Assembly: GCA_964491395.1 (NCBI GenBank)
Contig: CAZBGI010000008.1
Coordinates: 6,176-70,175, forward strand
Direction: 5' to 3'
Source of the DNA: an uncultured Bacteroidales bacterium
Lineage (GTDB): Bacteria > Bacteroidota > Bacteroidia > Bacteroidales > UBA7960
Length of the DNA: 64,000 nt
Made by a program: the position numbers and the translations under genes. Shown here one piece after another: positions 28,253-37,695 of the stretch. Within the stretch, counting starts at the first letter, position 1. Every line of letters starts with the position of its first letter. A model generated the notes under the pieces. That model was given only the letters and a program-made list of their open reading frames with translations. It did no database searches and was not told the origin of the DNA.

Positions 28253-30361
28253 ATGAAAACCCAAAGAGTGTTCTTACTGATCCTGAACGTGTTATTTCTT
28301 ATAGCCTGTGGACAACCCGGTAAAAAGGAAGCAACACCTCCCGTGGCTGCACAACACGAGCAACAACTTATCATGCATGGTGATACACGCATTGATTTCT
28401 ATTACTGGATGAACGACAGGGATAATCCTGAAGTAATTGCTTACCTGGAAGCAGAAAATGACTATTTGAAAGAAAGCCTGGAACATCTTGAAGACAACCG
28501 TGAAGAACTTTTTGAAGAGATGCTCGGAAGATTAAAGCAGGACGAGAGCAGTGCTCCTTTTTTCCAGAATGGATATTATTATTACACCCGCTACGAAGAG
28601 GGTGGTGAATACCCCATCTATTGCCGGAAAAAAGAATCCATGGAAGCAGAGGAAGAAGTTCTGCTCAATATTCCTCAAATGGCCGAAGGATACCGTTATT
28701 TCAACGTGGGCAATTTCAGCATCAGCCCCGATAATGAAAGGATAGCCTACACGGTGGATACACTGGGAAGACGTCAGTATACCATTTTTTACAAAGACCT
28801 GGATACCCAAAACGTACATTCTACAGCCATTGAACATGCCGCAGGGGATGTAGAATGGGCCGCTGACAACAACACGTTTTTCTTTACCACCATCGACCCG
28901 GTAACACTGCGCTATATCAAAGTTTTCAGATACAATACAGATACCAAAACGCCGGAGGAAGTATACTACGAAGAAGACGATACCTACTATTACATGGGCG
29001 TTTCCAAAACTACGGACGGAAAGTATCTTACCATTGATGTATCTACTACGTTAAGTACGGAAACATTATTACTGGAGGCAGACAACCCGCAGGGAAGTTT
29101 CAGGGTATTTCAGCCCCGGCAACGAGATTTGATTTACTCAGTAGAACATCTGGATGGCACATTCTATATTTTGACCAACGATCAGGCTCAAAATTTCCGG
29201 TTGATGGAAACTCCTGCATCACAAACACAGATCCACCATTGGAAAGAAGTAATTCCTCACCGGGAAGATGTTTTGCTGGAAAGTTTCGCTTTGTTCAATG
29301 ATTTTATGGTGTTGCAGGAACGCAGCAATGCCCTGAGACAAATGCGGATTATCAACACCAACAACAACAGCGAACACTATATTGATTTTGAAGAGGAAGC
29401 CTACACGGCAGCCATCAACATCAACCGCGAAACTGATACGGATATTTTCCGTTACAGCTATACCTCTCTTACTACGCCGGCTACCATTGTCGACTATAAT
29501 ATGAACACAAAGGAACAAAATACGGTCTGGCAACAAACCGTTCTGGGCGACTTTGATGCTGATGATTACGAAACCCGAAGACTGTTTGCGCCCGCGCGGG
29601 ATGGCGAAAAGATTCCTGTTACCCTGGTTTATAAAAAGGGGACAAAACAAGATGGCAACAATCCGCTTCTTCAGTATTCCTATGGCTCTTACGGAATTAG
29701 TGTTGACCCCAGGTTCAACTCCAACCTTATCAGCCTGCTCGACAGAGGCTTTGTATATGCAATGGCACACATCAGAGGAGGTCAGGAAATGGGCAGAACA
29801 TGGTATGAGGAGGGAAAACTGCTCAAAAAGATTAATACCTTCACCGACTTTGTAGATGTATCTGAATTCTTAATCAGTGAAAATTACACATCGCCCGACC
29901 TGCTTTTTGCCCAGGGAGGTAGCGCAGGTGGCCTATTGATGGGTGCCATTGCCAATATGCGCCCCGAGCTTTATCAAGGCATTATTGCCGGAGTACCCTT
30001 TGTGGATGTGGTAACCACTATGCTGGATGAGACCATTCCTCTTACTACTTCCGAATATGACGAGTGGGGCAACCCCAATGATTCGCTTTTCTATCATTAC
30101 ATGCTTTCCTATTCGCCTTACGACCAGATCCGTGAACAGGCTTATCCCAATATGCTGATTACTTCAGGATTGTATGATTCTCAGGTACAATACTGGGAGC
30201 CTACCAAGTGGACTGCCAAGCTGCGAACCCACAATACCGGAGACAGTAAAATATTCCTGTACACCAACATGGAAGCCGGGCATAGCGGAGCATCAGGAAG
30301 ATTTCAACGGTTGAAGGAAATGGCTCTGCAATATGCATTTATGCTTGATTTGGTGAAATAA
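28253..30361 (+). CDS. ptrB: Oligopeptidase B (protease II, S9A prolyl-oligopeptidase family), lipoprotein/exported form
   Basis: 702 aa. N-terminal beta-propeller region begins HGDTRIDFYYWMNDRDNPEVIAYLEAEN. Catalytic Ser lies in GGSAGGLLMGA, followed by later D and H (EAGHSG). Confidence 0.9.
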   Translation: MKTQRVFLLILNVLFLIACGQPGKKEATPPVAAQHEQQLIMHGDTRIDFYYWMNDRDNPEVIAYLEAENDYLKESLEHLEDNREELFEEMLGRLKQDESSAPFFQNGYYYYTRYEEGGEYPIYCRKKESMEAEEEVLLNIPQMAEGYRYFNVGNFSISPDNERIAYTVDTLGRRQYTIFYKDLDTQNVHSTAIEHAAGDVEWAADNNTFFFTTIDPVTLRYIKVFRYNTDTKTPEEVYYEEDDTYYYMGVSKTTDGKYLTIDVSTTLSTETLLLEADNPQGSFRVFQPRQRDLIYSVEHLDGTFYILTNDQAQNFRLMETPASQTQIHHWKEVIPHREDVLLESFALFNDFMVLQERSNALRQMRIINTNNNSEHYIDFEEEAYTAAININRETDTDIFRYSYTSLTTPATIVDYNMNTKEQNTVWQQTVLGDFDADDYETRRLFAPARDGEKIPVTLVYKKGTKQDGNNPLLQYSYGSYGISVDPRFNSNLISLLDRGFVYAMAHIRGGQEMGRTWYEEGKLLKKINTFTDFVDVSEFLISENYTSPDLLFAQGGSAGGLLMGAIANMRPELYQGIIAGVPFVDVVTTMLDETIPLTTSEYDEWGNPNDSLFYHYMLSYSPYDQIREQAYPNMLITSGLYDSQVQYWEPTKWTAKLRTHNTGDSKIFLYTNMEAGHSGASGRFQRLKEMALQYAFMLDLVK

Positions 30362-30472
30362 TACCCACCATTTATTCTATTCATTAAGAAAACTTTTTTA
30401 ACCCTGTGGATGTCAATCTCCCCCGACCAAAAAAAAGGTTTGCCCACAGAAAATTCTAAAACAACTATTACC

Positions 30473-31690
30473 ATGCAATACAAAAAAATTATTCTTACGC
30501 TGCTGGCAGTATTATGCCACATAGGATTCAACTTTGCCGGCAATGATCAATTGGAGCAACAGGCCCGCGAAATACATCAGCGCATATTCACCCTCGACAG
30601 CCATACCGATACCCCGCTGATGCTGGGACGAAGAGGGGTTGATTTAGGAAAAAGAAATGATCCCGGTGAAGGGGGCGGAAAGCTGGATTTCCCCCGTATG
30701 GAAGAGGGTGGCCTGGATGCAGCCTTCTTTGCTGTATTTCTCGGACAGGGTGAAAGTACTCCGGAAGCCTATGAGACTGCCAAAGAGCGCAGCATGAATA
30801 TTTTTGGACTTGTACACGAAAGTATTGAGCACAATACCCACCAGGCAGGCCTTGCCTTGACTCCCGAAGATGGATACCGGCTTCGCGATGAAGGCAAAAA
30901 GGCAGTGTATATCGGACTGGAAAATGCCTACCCCATCGGAGAAGACCTTTCACTGGTTGAGCAGTTTTATAACCTGGGAGCCCGCTATATTACCCTTGCC
31001 CATACAAGCAACAATCATTTCAGCGATAGTTCCAATGATCCTGATGGTCCTGAGCATGATGGACTTTCTGACATAGGATTTGACCTGGTGGAAGAGATGA
31101 ACAGGTTGGGCATGATGGTGGATGTAAGTCATGTTTCCGATAAAGCCTTTTATGATGTTATATCAGTTGCCAAAGCCCCTGTTATTGCTTCCCATTCCAA
31201 TGCAAGGGCTGTCCACGACGACCCGCGCAATCTCGACGATGACATGCTCAGAGCACTGGCGGCCAATGGAGGAGTCGTTCAACTTTGCTTTCTTTATGTT
31301 AAGCAGATGCCTGCCAATCCCCGGAAAGATTCTGCCCGGGCAGAACTGCGCCAAAGATTCAATAATTTCCAGGGGCTCTCTGATGAAGAAATGGAGCAGG
31401 CCCGCAGTGAATGGTATGCTATTGAGCAACAGTTCCCTTCTGAATTGCCTACCGTTGCCGACTTAATTGATCACCTGGATCATATTGTGAATCTTATAGG
31501 AATTGACCATGTAGGTATCGGAAGTGATTTCGACGGAGGAGGCCAGCTGGAAGATTGTTATGATGTAAGCCAGATGCACAATCTTACCGTAGAAATGCTC
31601 AGAAGAGGTTACACTGAAGAAGACATAGAGAAAGTTTGGTCAGGCAATTTCATGAGGGTATTTAAAGAAAATCTGGCATTAAAAGAATAA
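30473..31690 (+). CDS. Membrane dipeptidase (peptidase family M19)
   Basis: Start taken at ATG 30473, where MQYKKIILTLLAVLCHIGFNFAG is a signal peptide. Supporting motifs are DSHTDTP, VDVSHVSDKAF, IASHSNARAVHDDPRNLDD and GIGSDFDG. Confidence 0.9.
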   Translation: MQYKKIILTLLAVLCHIGFNFAGNDQLEQQAREIHQRIFTLDSHTDTPLMLGRRGVDLGKRNDPGEGGGKLDFPRMEEGGLDAAFFAVFLGQGESTPEAYETAKERSMNIFGLVHESIEHNTHQAGLALTPEDGYRLRDEGKKAVYIGLENAYPIGEDLSLVEQFYNLGARYITLAHTSNNHFSDSSNDPDGPEHDGLSDIGFDLVEEMNRLGMMVDVSHVSDKAFYDVISVAKAPVIASHSNARAVHDDPRNLDDDMLRALAANGGVVQLCFLYVKQMPANPRKDSARAELRQRFNNFQGLSDEEMEQARSEWYAIEQQFPSELPTVADLIDHLDHIVNLIGIDHVGIGSDFDGGGQLEDCYDVSQMHNLTVEMLRRGYTEEDIEKVWSGNFMRVFKENLALKE

Positions 31691-31747
31691 GAAAAAGACC
31701 AATAAAGTTTACAATTCATCTCTTTCCCTATCAATAACTCTAAAAAC

Positions 31748-32338
31748 ATGAAGAAAAGCATATTATGGTTCCTACCGGTGATGGCCACATTTCTGGTATA
31801 TTGCGGAAATACTCCCCGTGAAACAGAACAAGTTGCCACCGAAACAGAAGTTGTGGCCCTTTCAGAAGCCGAACAAGCTTTTTTGAACAACCTGGCAAGT
31901 CTTTGCGGAAAATCATTCCGGGGCCGGGAAGTATATATGCAGGAAGGTCGGGAGAGCTGGGCAGATAAGGATCTGGTGATGCACGTTACGGTTTGTGAAG
32001 ACACGCATGTACACATCCCTTTCCATATTGATGATGACACATCACGCACCTGGATGTTTCTGGCAGAAAACGGGAAACTCCGTTTTCGCCATGATCACCG
32101 CCATCCTGATGGTACGCCGGAAGAGCAGACCCTTTATGGTGGGTATGCTGATGGAGAGGGTGACGCTTTTCATCAATATTTCCCTGCTGATGAATATACC
32201 CGTGAGTTGCTTTCTGACACCTTAAACCGGCAATGGAATGTTATACTCGACAAGGATATGACCTATTTCAGTTACCAGCTCCAGTATCACGGAGAAGTTG
32301 TTTTCAGAGCCGATTTTGACCTGACCCGCCCATTGTAA
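31748..32338 (+). CDS. Hypothetical lipoprotein
   Basis: 196 aa. MKKSILWFLPVMATFLVYCG carries a lipobox. No family recognised. Confidence 0.5.
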   Translation: MKKSILWFLPVMATFLVYCGNTPRETEQVATETEVVALSEAEQAFLNNLASLCGKSFRGREVYMQEGRESWADKDLVMHVTVCEDTHVHIPFHIDDDTSRTWMFLAENGKLRFRHDHRHPDGTPEEQTLYGGYADGEGDAFHQYFPADEYTRELLSDTLNRQWNVILDKDMTYFSYQLQYHGEVVFRADFDLTRPL

Positions 32339-32357
32339 GTTCAATATCAACACCCTC

Positions 32358-32399
32358 AAAACAACAAAAGGTCTGGAATTCCAGGCCTTTTGTTGTTTT
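32358..32399. terminator. Bidirectional hairpin terminator between convergent genes
   Basis: 19-bp stem aaaacaacaaaaggtctgg / ccaggccttttgttgtttt with one mismatch and loop aatt. A-run and T-run flanks allow function on both strands. Confidence 0.65.
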
Positions 32400-32422
32400 G
32401 TGCTCAAATTTTCCCTGAGGTA

Positions 32423-33640
32423 CTATCTCAGCATTTCCTCTACCCTCTCTGCTTTGCCATCTACTTCTGCCGGTTTCAGTCCCATAATTTTTGTAATAAG
32501 CGGATAAAGATCAACCACCTCTATGGAAGGGTGTTTGTGTCCTTTTTTAAAAGCCGGACCCATGGCGTAAAAGATGGTATGCATATCTTTTTTCGCATTG
32601 TCCCAGCCATGGGCCCCTCCGGTATAGTAAGAAGAACGGGGTTTGCCCCAGCCGACACTCCAGGTGCTGTCGGCAAGAATCACAATGTCTTCAATTCGCG
32701 GATTGGTTCCGTAGTTCAGTCTGTCAGGCACATCTTCCTTTTTCCAGACACTAACATGTTCAACGGTTTGCAGAATACTCCATACCGAATCCATCATCCC
32801 TTCTTTGGGGGTAACATGCATCATGGGGTTTCCGCCATGGGTTCGTTCATACCAGTCGCGGGGCGTATAATCTCCTATATTTACATACCTTTCCGGACTA
32901 ACTTCAGTCATTCCATGATCAGAAGTAACAATGATATTGATATTCTCATGGAAAGGCAATTCCTGAATGCGGGTAATGAAAACTCCCACCAGCGAATCGA
33001 GTTCCAATACAAGTGCATCTATTTCCTGGCTTTCAGGACCATAACGATGCCCGGTACCATCAGGTTCCTGGAAATAAAAAGTGATAAGACGGGGGCGAAC
33101 TTCTTCTTCAAGTTGCAACCAGTTGATTACGGTATCTATACGACTGGCAAAAGGCACTCTGCCGTCATATCTTTTCCAGTAGGTAGGTTGCAAACCCTGA
33201 ACGGGAGCCTCAGAACCCACCCAGAAAAAGGAGGCAGTGGTGACATTTTGTTTTTCGGCAGTTACCCAAATGGGTTCACCATTATAAAAATCTCCATTCT
33301 CAACAGATTCCCGATCTCCCAACCGATAAGTGCCATGCTCAGGGCAAGTGAAATTATTGTCTACAATGCCATGATTATCGGGATACAACCCCGTGGCCAT
33401 ACTGTAGTGATTGGGAAAGGTTTTGGTAGGAAATGCAGGTTTTACGTACTCAGCATTAACTCCATGCTTAGCAATATAATCCAGCCAGGGAGTCTCAACC
33501 CTGGAAGTATAATCCCAGCGAAATCCATCCATCGACAACATTACCACATATTGCTCATCAACAGGAATCCGGCGATTTTCCGCGCACGAAGAGAGAAATA
33601 CGTTCAGGACCACTATCAGAATCAAAGCTATTCTGTTCAT
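32423..33640 (-). CDS. Ectonucleotide pyrophosphatase/phosphodiesterase (alkaline-phosphatase superfamily, NPP type)
   Basis: 405 aa with a signal peptide. Supporting motifs are VVMLSMDGFRWDY, PTKTFPNHYSMATGLYPDNHGIV, EPDGTGHRYGP and TSDHGM. Confidence 0.85.
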   Translation of the reverse strand: MNRIALILIVVLNVFLSSCAENRRIPVDEQYVVMLSMDGFRWDYTSRVETPWLDYIAKHGVNAEYVKPAFPTKTFPNHYSMATGLYPDNHGIVDNNFTCPEHGTYRLGDRESVENGDFYNGEPIWVTAEKQNVTTASFFWVGSEAPVQGLQPTYWKRYDGRVPFASRIDTVINWLQLEEEVRPRLITFYFQEPDGTGHRYGPESQEIDALVLELDSLVGVFITRIQELPFHENINIIVTSDHGMTEVSPERYVNIGDYTPRDWYERTHGGNPMMHVTPKEGMMDSVWSILQTVEHVSVWKKEDVPDRLNYGTNPRIEDIVILADSTWSVGWGKPRSSYYTGGAHGWDNAKKDMHTIFYAMGPAFKKGHKHPSIEVVDLYPLITKIMGLKPAEVDGKAERVEEMLR

Positions 33641-33861
33641 CTTATTATTTTTAATTTAACATATAATGATTATTCTAACAAAGCTGCAAATATAGGGTTT
33701 TCTCTTGATAACTTCTTCTGTTTCCTGGAAAGTAAGACAGACGTAATATTGGCAAGAGGAATTTTTGCCATCCTCAGGCTCATTTTTCACTAAACATCTA
33801 ATTTAAGCGGTGAAAGCTAAAAAAAATATCACAAATGCTTTAACCAATCAAAATAAAAACA

Positions 33862-33869
33862 TATTTTTG
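33862..33869 (+). promoter_or_regulatory. Bacteroidetes -7 promoter box (TATTTTTG)
   Basis: Exact TAnnTTTG match 33 nt upstream of ATG 33902. Confidence 0.45.
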
Positions 33870-33901
33870 TTGGATAGGAGAACTTAAAACAGAATATAAA
33901 G

Positions 33902-36253
33902 ATGTACAAAGGAAAAAGCGGACTTGTGGCGATATTCATTATGGCCAGTTATTTTAGTTGTTTAGCCGATGAATCCATTGGCGTTTTGGAATCAAAGCTT
34001 AAAAACACCCAGGCCGACACGCTAAGAATCGAAGTACTGCTCCAAATGGGAGATTACTTTGAATACACCGATTACGATTCTGCCCTTCATTTTTACCGTC
34101 AAGCCCTTGAATTGAGTCAGAACTCACAGGAATCTTCCAACCCATCATACCAGGAACAACTCAAACGCTTAGAAATAAAATCTCACCGGTATATTATTCA
34201 TCTTAACAGCACCTGGGGCAAGTATCAGGAAGCCATTGATCAAGGCCTGGTAATACTGGAGATGTATTATGATCTGGAAGATTATGAAAGGGTTATACAT
34301 ACCAAACTCAACATTGGAAACAATTACTATTATTTAGGCGATATTCCCGCTGCTGTAGACTATTTCGTGAAAGCGCTTGATTTGGCTCATGAGCATAACT
34401 CTCATGAGAATATCGCCTCCATAAACACGAACCTGGCCACCATTCATTACCAGAGAGGCAATTACCTGCAAAGCCTGGATTATTACCAAACCGCACTGAA
34501 ATATTTTAAAGAATATGAAAATGTGAGAGATGAGGGACTGGCCTATCTTGGAATTGGAAACATTCACAGTTCACTGAAGAATTTTGCTGAAGCAAAACAG
34601 AATTATCAGATGGCCCTCGATAGAATGGACGAATTGGAGGATCATGCAGCAATTGCCACCATACATTTGAGTTTAGGTTCGCTCTATTATCAATTAAAGG
34701 ATACTGATAATGCTGACCATCATTACCAAAAATCACAACATCATGCTACCATAGGCAAGGATTTAAGGGTTCAGGGGCAGGCACTCCTTAATCTCGGCAT
34801 TTTATATGCCGGTGAGGGCAATTACACAAAAGCTCTGGAGCATTATGATCAGGCTCTGGAGATTGCCACAGAATCGGGCAACAGGCACACAGAAGCATCA
34901 ACATTGCGAAACAAGGCCTTAACCCTGTTAAGGTTGAAAAAATTCCGTCAGGCCCTTGAGTTGGCTCAAAACAGTTTTCAACTGTCCAGAGAAGTTGAAT
35001 CACTGGAAGATCAGGCAGAATCACTGAAAGTAATATCAAGAATCAATGAGCAACAAGGTCGTTATGCTTCTGCATTAACCTATTATCAAGAATACAAACT
35101 ATATAACGACTCTTTGCTCAATATTGAAAACCAGCGGCAAATCAATGAAATGGATGCTGTTTTTCAATCGGAGCAAAAACAGCAAAAAATAGACTTGCAA
35201 AACCTTCAGATTGAGAAAAACAAAATCGAATTGAGGCGTAAAAACCAATTGGTGAATTCTTTCATTATCATCCTTGTTTTTGTTATCATTCTGGCGATTG
35301 CTACCCTTTTGCATTTTAATCAGAAAAAAATCACCAACATGGAAATTGCCCGGCAAAAAGCTGTTATTGCTGAGAACATAGAAACTATTAACGGTCAGAA
35401 AGAAGAATTAAAAGAAGCTCACCTGCAAATAAGCCTGTTAGAAAAGGAAAAAGACCTGCAGCAGCAAAAAGCCAGGCAAACCTTATACCTTGCTGAAAGC
35501 ATTTCCGCAAAAAGCCATGACTGTTCTGTTATATTAAGTCGAATTTTTTTCAACAAAATCTTTGAGACCAACCTGGGTGAAAAAGCCCAAATATCAGACA
35601 TATGCATTGCACGGGAATTGAAAAACCAGGTTTTTATCGTGATAGCAGATATTGATTTACCTATGGTAGATAAAAAACTGATAAATATCGCACTGGGTTC
35701 ATATATCGACCGACATGCCGGAGAGGATTTCATCCAAAGAACGGATGAGTGTTTACATCAATTGAAGGAGTATCTGCAGGAAATTATATCTGGTGTAATG
35801 GGTGAAAATAAAACCATGGACAGTAAGCTTGCCCTGTTATATCTTGACAAAACCCATCATAAGGTTAAATTTGTATCTGAAGCTCCCCTGCTGGGTCTGG
35901 CCATTGCACGAAATCCCGGTAGCATATTCCGCCCCATGTTTGATTATCAGGAAATACAAATGATTGATCCTGCGGCTGAGCTATCCGGGAAAACAAGCAT
36001 CCGTTTTTCTCCTTCCGGGATGTATGAATTTAAATTAAAACCTGCTGACCGGATTTATCTGTTGAACCCCGGGAAGCCCACAGCTGATAATGACAGAGAA
36101 TCTCGGATTGCACAATACAGAAAGGTTATTCAGTTTGTTGACAATCATCAGAATATGGACATAACCATGCAGGGAGAATATCTGGAAAAAGAATTCGGGA
36201 CCGCTTCAAATCCTGCCAAACATAATATCATGATTCGGGGTATGGAAATTTAA
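33902..36253 (+). CDS. TPR-repeat membrane protein with a coiled coil and a C-terminal domain of uncertain (possibly degenerate PP2C/SpoIIE-like) type
   Basis: 783 aa with a signal/anchor. About 8 TPR units (A..YY..AL....). One transmembrane helix (LVNSFIIILVFVIILAIATLLHF). A coiled-coil segment, then a C-terminal domain of about 270 aa. Confidence 0.7.
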   Translation: MYKGKSGLVAIFIMASYFSCLADESIGVLESKLKNTQADTLRIEVLLQMGDYFEYTDYDSALHFYRQALELSQNSQESSNPSYQEQLKRLEIKSHRYIIHLNSTWGKYQEAIDQGLVILEMYYDLEDYERVIHTKLNIGNNYYYLGDIPAAVDYFVKALDLAHEHNSHENIASINTNLATIHYQRGNYLQSLDYYQTALKYFKEYENVRDEGLAYLGIGNIHSSLKNFAEAKQNYQMALDRMDELEDHAAIATIHLSLGSLYYQLKDTDNADHHYQKSQHHATIGKDLRVQGQALLNLGILYAGEGNYTKALEHYDQALEIATESGNRHTEASTLRNKALTLLRLKKFRQALELAQNSFQLSREVESLEDQAESLKVISRINEQQGRYASALTYYQEYKLYNDSLLNIENQRQINEMDAVFQSEQKQQKIDLQNLQIEKNKIELRRKNQLVNSFIIILVFVIILAIATLLHFNQKKITNMEIARQKAVIAENIETINGQKEELKEAHLQISLLEKEKDLQQQKARQTLYLAESISAKSHDCSVILSRIFFNKIFETNLGEKAQISDICIARELKNQVFIVIADIDLPMVDKKLINIALGSYIDRHAGEDFIQRTDECLHQLKEYLQEIISGVMGENKTMDSKLALLYLDKTHHKVKFVSEAPLLGLAIARNPGSIFRPMFDYQEIQMIDPAAELSGKTSIRFSPSGMYEFKLKPADRIYLLNPGKPTADNDRESRIAQYRKVIQFVDNHQNMDITMQGEYLEKEFGTASNPAKHNIMIRGMEI

Positions 36254-37416
36254 TACCCCAGTCTCCTGAGATTTTCTGTCTTTCGGGCATTATCAGAAAA
36301 ACCGAAAAGGATTCTTAAGCTCCATGCGTTCCCCTGCAAAGAAGAGCCAACGGTATTGCTATGATTTAAAAACATATAATAACCCAACTTTGCACTTACT
36401 CTGCTTCGGTTAGGAAAATGGTAGGAAGCTACCGGTCCCATCTGCACGGCAGCAGCCACAAAAGTTCTCCGGATGGGGTCCTGACGGTCTTCTACAACAT
36501 CTATCAGGTCTGCTCCTCCTGAAATAAACATACCCATTGCATAGTTTTCAGGACGAAAGAAAATGTGGGTTGTTTCTATGCCCAAAAATCCCCCCTGGTA
36601 GTTTCGGGTTTCCACGATACTATCGCGTACCGACAATTTGAAAGGTTTCTGTGTTTGACCAAAACGCATGGAAAAAGCCAAATCAAAATATGTATTGCGG
36701 TATTTTACTCCGGCAAATATATCAAGAGTGGGTTTAAAGCCAATAACCTCCAGGTCTGCTGTGGGAATCCAAACACCTGAGCCCACCCCCATATTGAGTT
36801 CGGGTCTTTTCTGAAAATAAGCCACACGTTCTTTATAGACCTCTGTCAGTTGGCTTCCCTGATATTTATCATCGCGAAGCAAGGAAAAAAAACGCCCCGT
36901 TTCTCCACTATATAAAGTCAACCAGGCCCATTCAGGTTGTCCGGCTGTAAACCGGGCTCGCATTTGCCTTGCCCATCTTTGTGTTTGCCTGTCAAAGTTG
37001 CTGTTTACCGATACATATCCAAAATATTCTTCATACAATTCAAAATATTCCTGCCGGGTGGCTGGGCTTTCCAGGTGAGAAATTTCATCTCGTATATCAA
37101 AAGCAATTGCAAATTCAAGCATTTGGCTGCCCTCCCACTGGCCGGGAAATTGCCCTTCAGATATCAACTGCAACATCCTGATTCTGAAGAGAGGCTCTGT
37201 GGTTTCACAGCTTTGCTCCCACTGAAAAAGTAATTCGGGTAGCCTGTTCCATCGACCCTGCTCGATTATCAGGGCCACACTATCGGCATATACAGAAGCC
37301 TGCTCACTACAATCCTCCTGAACAGGGTTACTTCCATAGCCATAAACTACCGGAAAGAAAAAAAGAACACTCAAAGAAATCAATAACTTTCGCATCCTCA
37401 TTATACATTCAGTCAT
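36250..37416 (-). CDS. Hypothetical exported protein
   Basis: 388 aa ORF. The real start is probably ATG 37401 or 37395 (MRKLLISLSVLFFFPVVYG signal peptide). A 4-nt convergent overlap with the TPR gene. Confidence 0.5.
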   Translation of the reverse strand: MTECIMRMRKLLISLSVLFFFPVVYGYGSNPVQEDCSEQASVYADSVALIIEQGRWNRLPELLFQWEQSCETTEPLFRIRMLQLISEGQFPGQWEGSQMLEFAIAFDIRDEISHLESPATRQEYFELYEEYFGYVSVNSNFDRQTQRWARQMRARFTAGQPEWAWLTLYSGETGRFFSLLRDDKYQGSQLTEVYKERVAYFQKRPELNMGVGSGVWIPTADLEVIGFKPTLDIFAGVKYRNTYFDLAFSMRFGQTQKPFKLSVRDSIVETRNYQGGFLGIETTHIFFRPENYAMGMFISGGADLIDVVEDRQDPIRRTFVAAAVQMGPVASYHFPNRSRVSAKLGYYMFLNHSNTVGSSLQGNAWSLRILFGFSDNARKTENLRRLGY

Positions 37417-37566
37417 TACAAAATAAGATCTGTGCCATCTTTGTTATACAAAAATACATTTGTTTGTCAACACATAACGCATAAATGTAAAATCTGTTTT
37501 TTACAGCCGCAGAATCTGCATTAAATAAAGTAGCATCACCTGGTATGTTTTTATTTGACGTTTAAA

Positions 37567-37574
37567 TATCTTTG
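37567..37574 (+). promoter_or_regulatory. Bacteroidetes -7 promoter box (TATCTTTG)
   Basis: Exact TAnnTTTG match 122 nt upstream of the ppc start. Confidence 0.35.
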
Positions 37575-37695
37575 TAGAAAAGGCATCTTCACAAGCCCGA
37601 CAGGATAACACATTCTTTTGAACTAATGAGATGCAGAAAAGTTAACCTTTATAGAGAGATACACTATTTTTATCAACTAATAAAACGAATGAACT

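Noticed and set aside
32390-33793. 467-aa ORF on the plus strand, the longest unexplained ORF in the track
   Set aside because: It lies entirely antisense to the well-supported NPP/alkaline-phosphatase-family gene (32423-33640). Its translation is low-complexity (F/I/R/H-rich) with no recognisable motif, so it is a shadow ORF.
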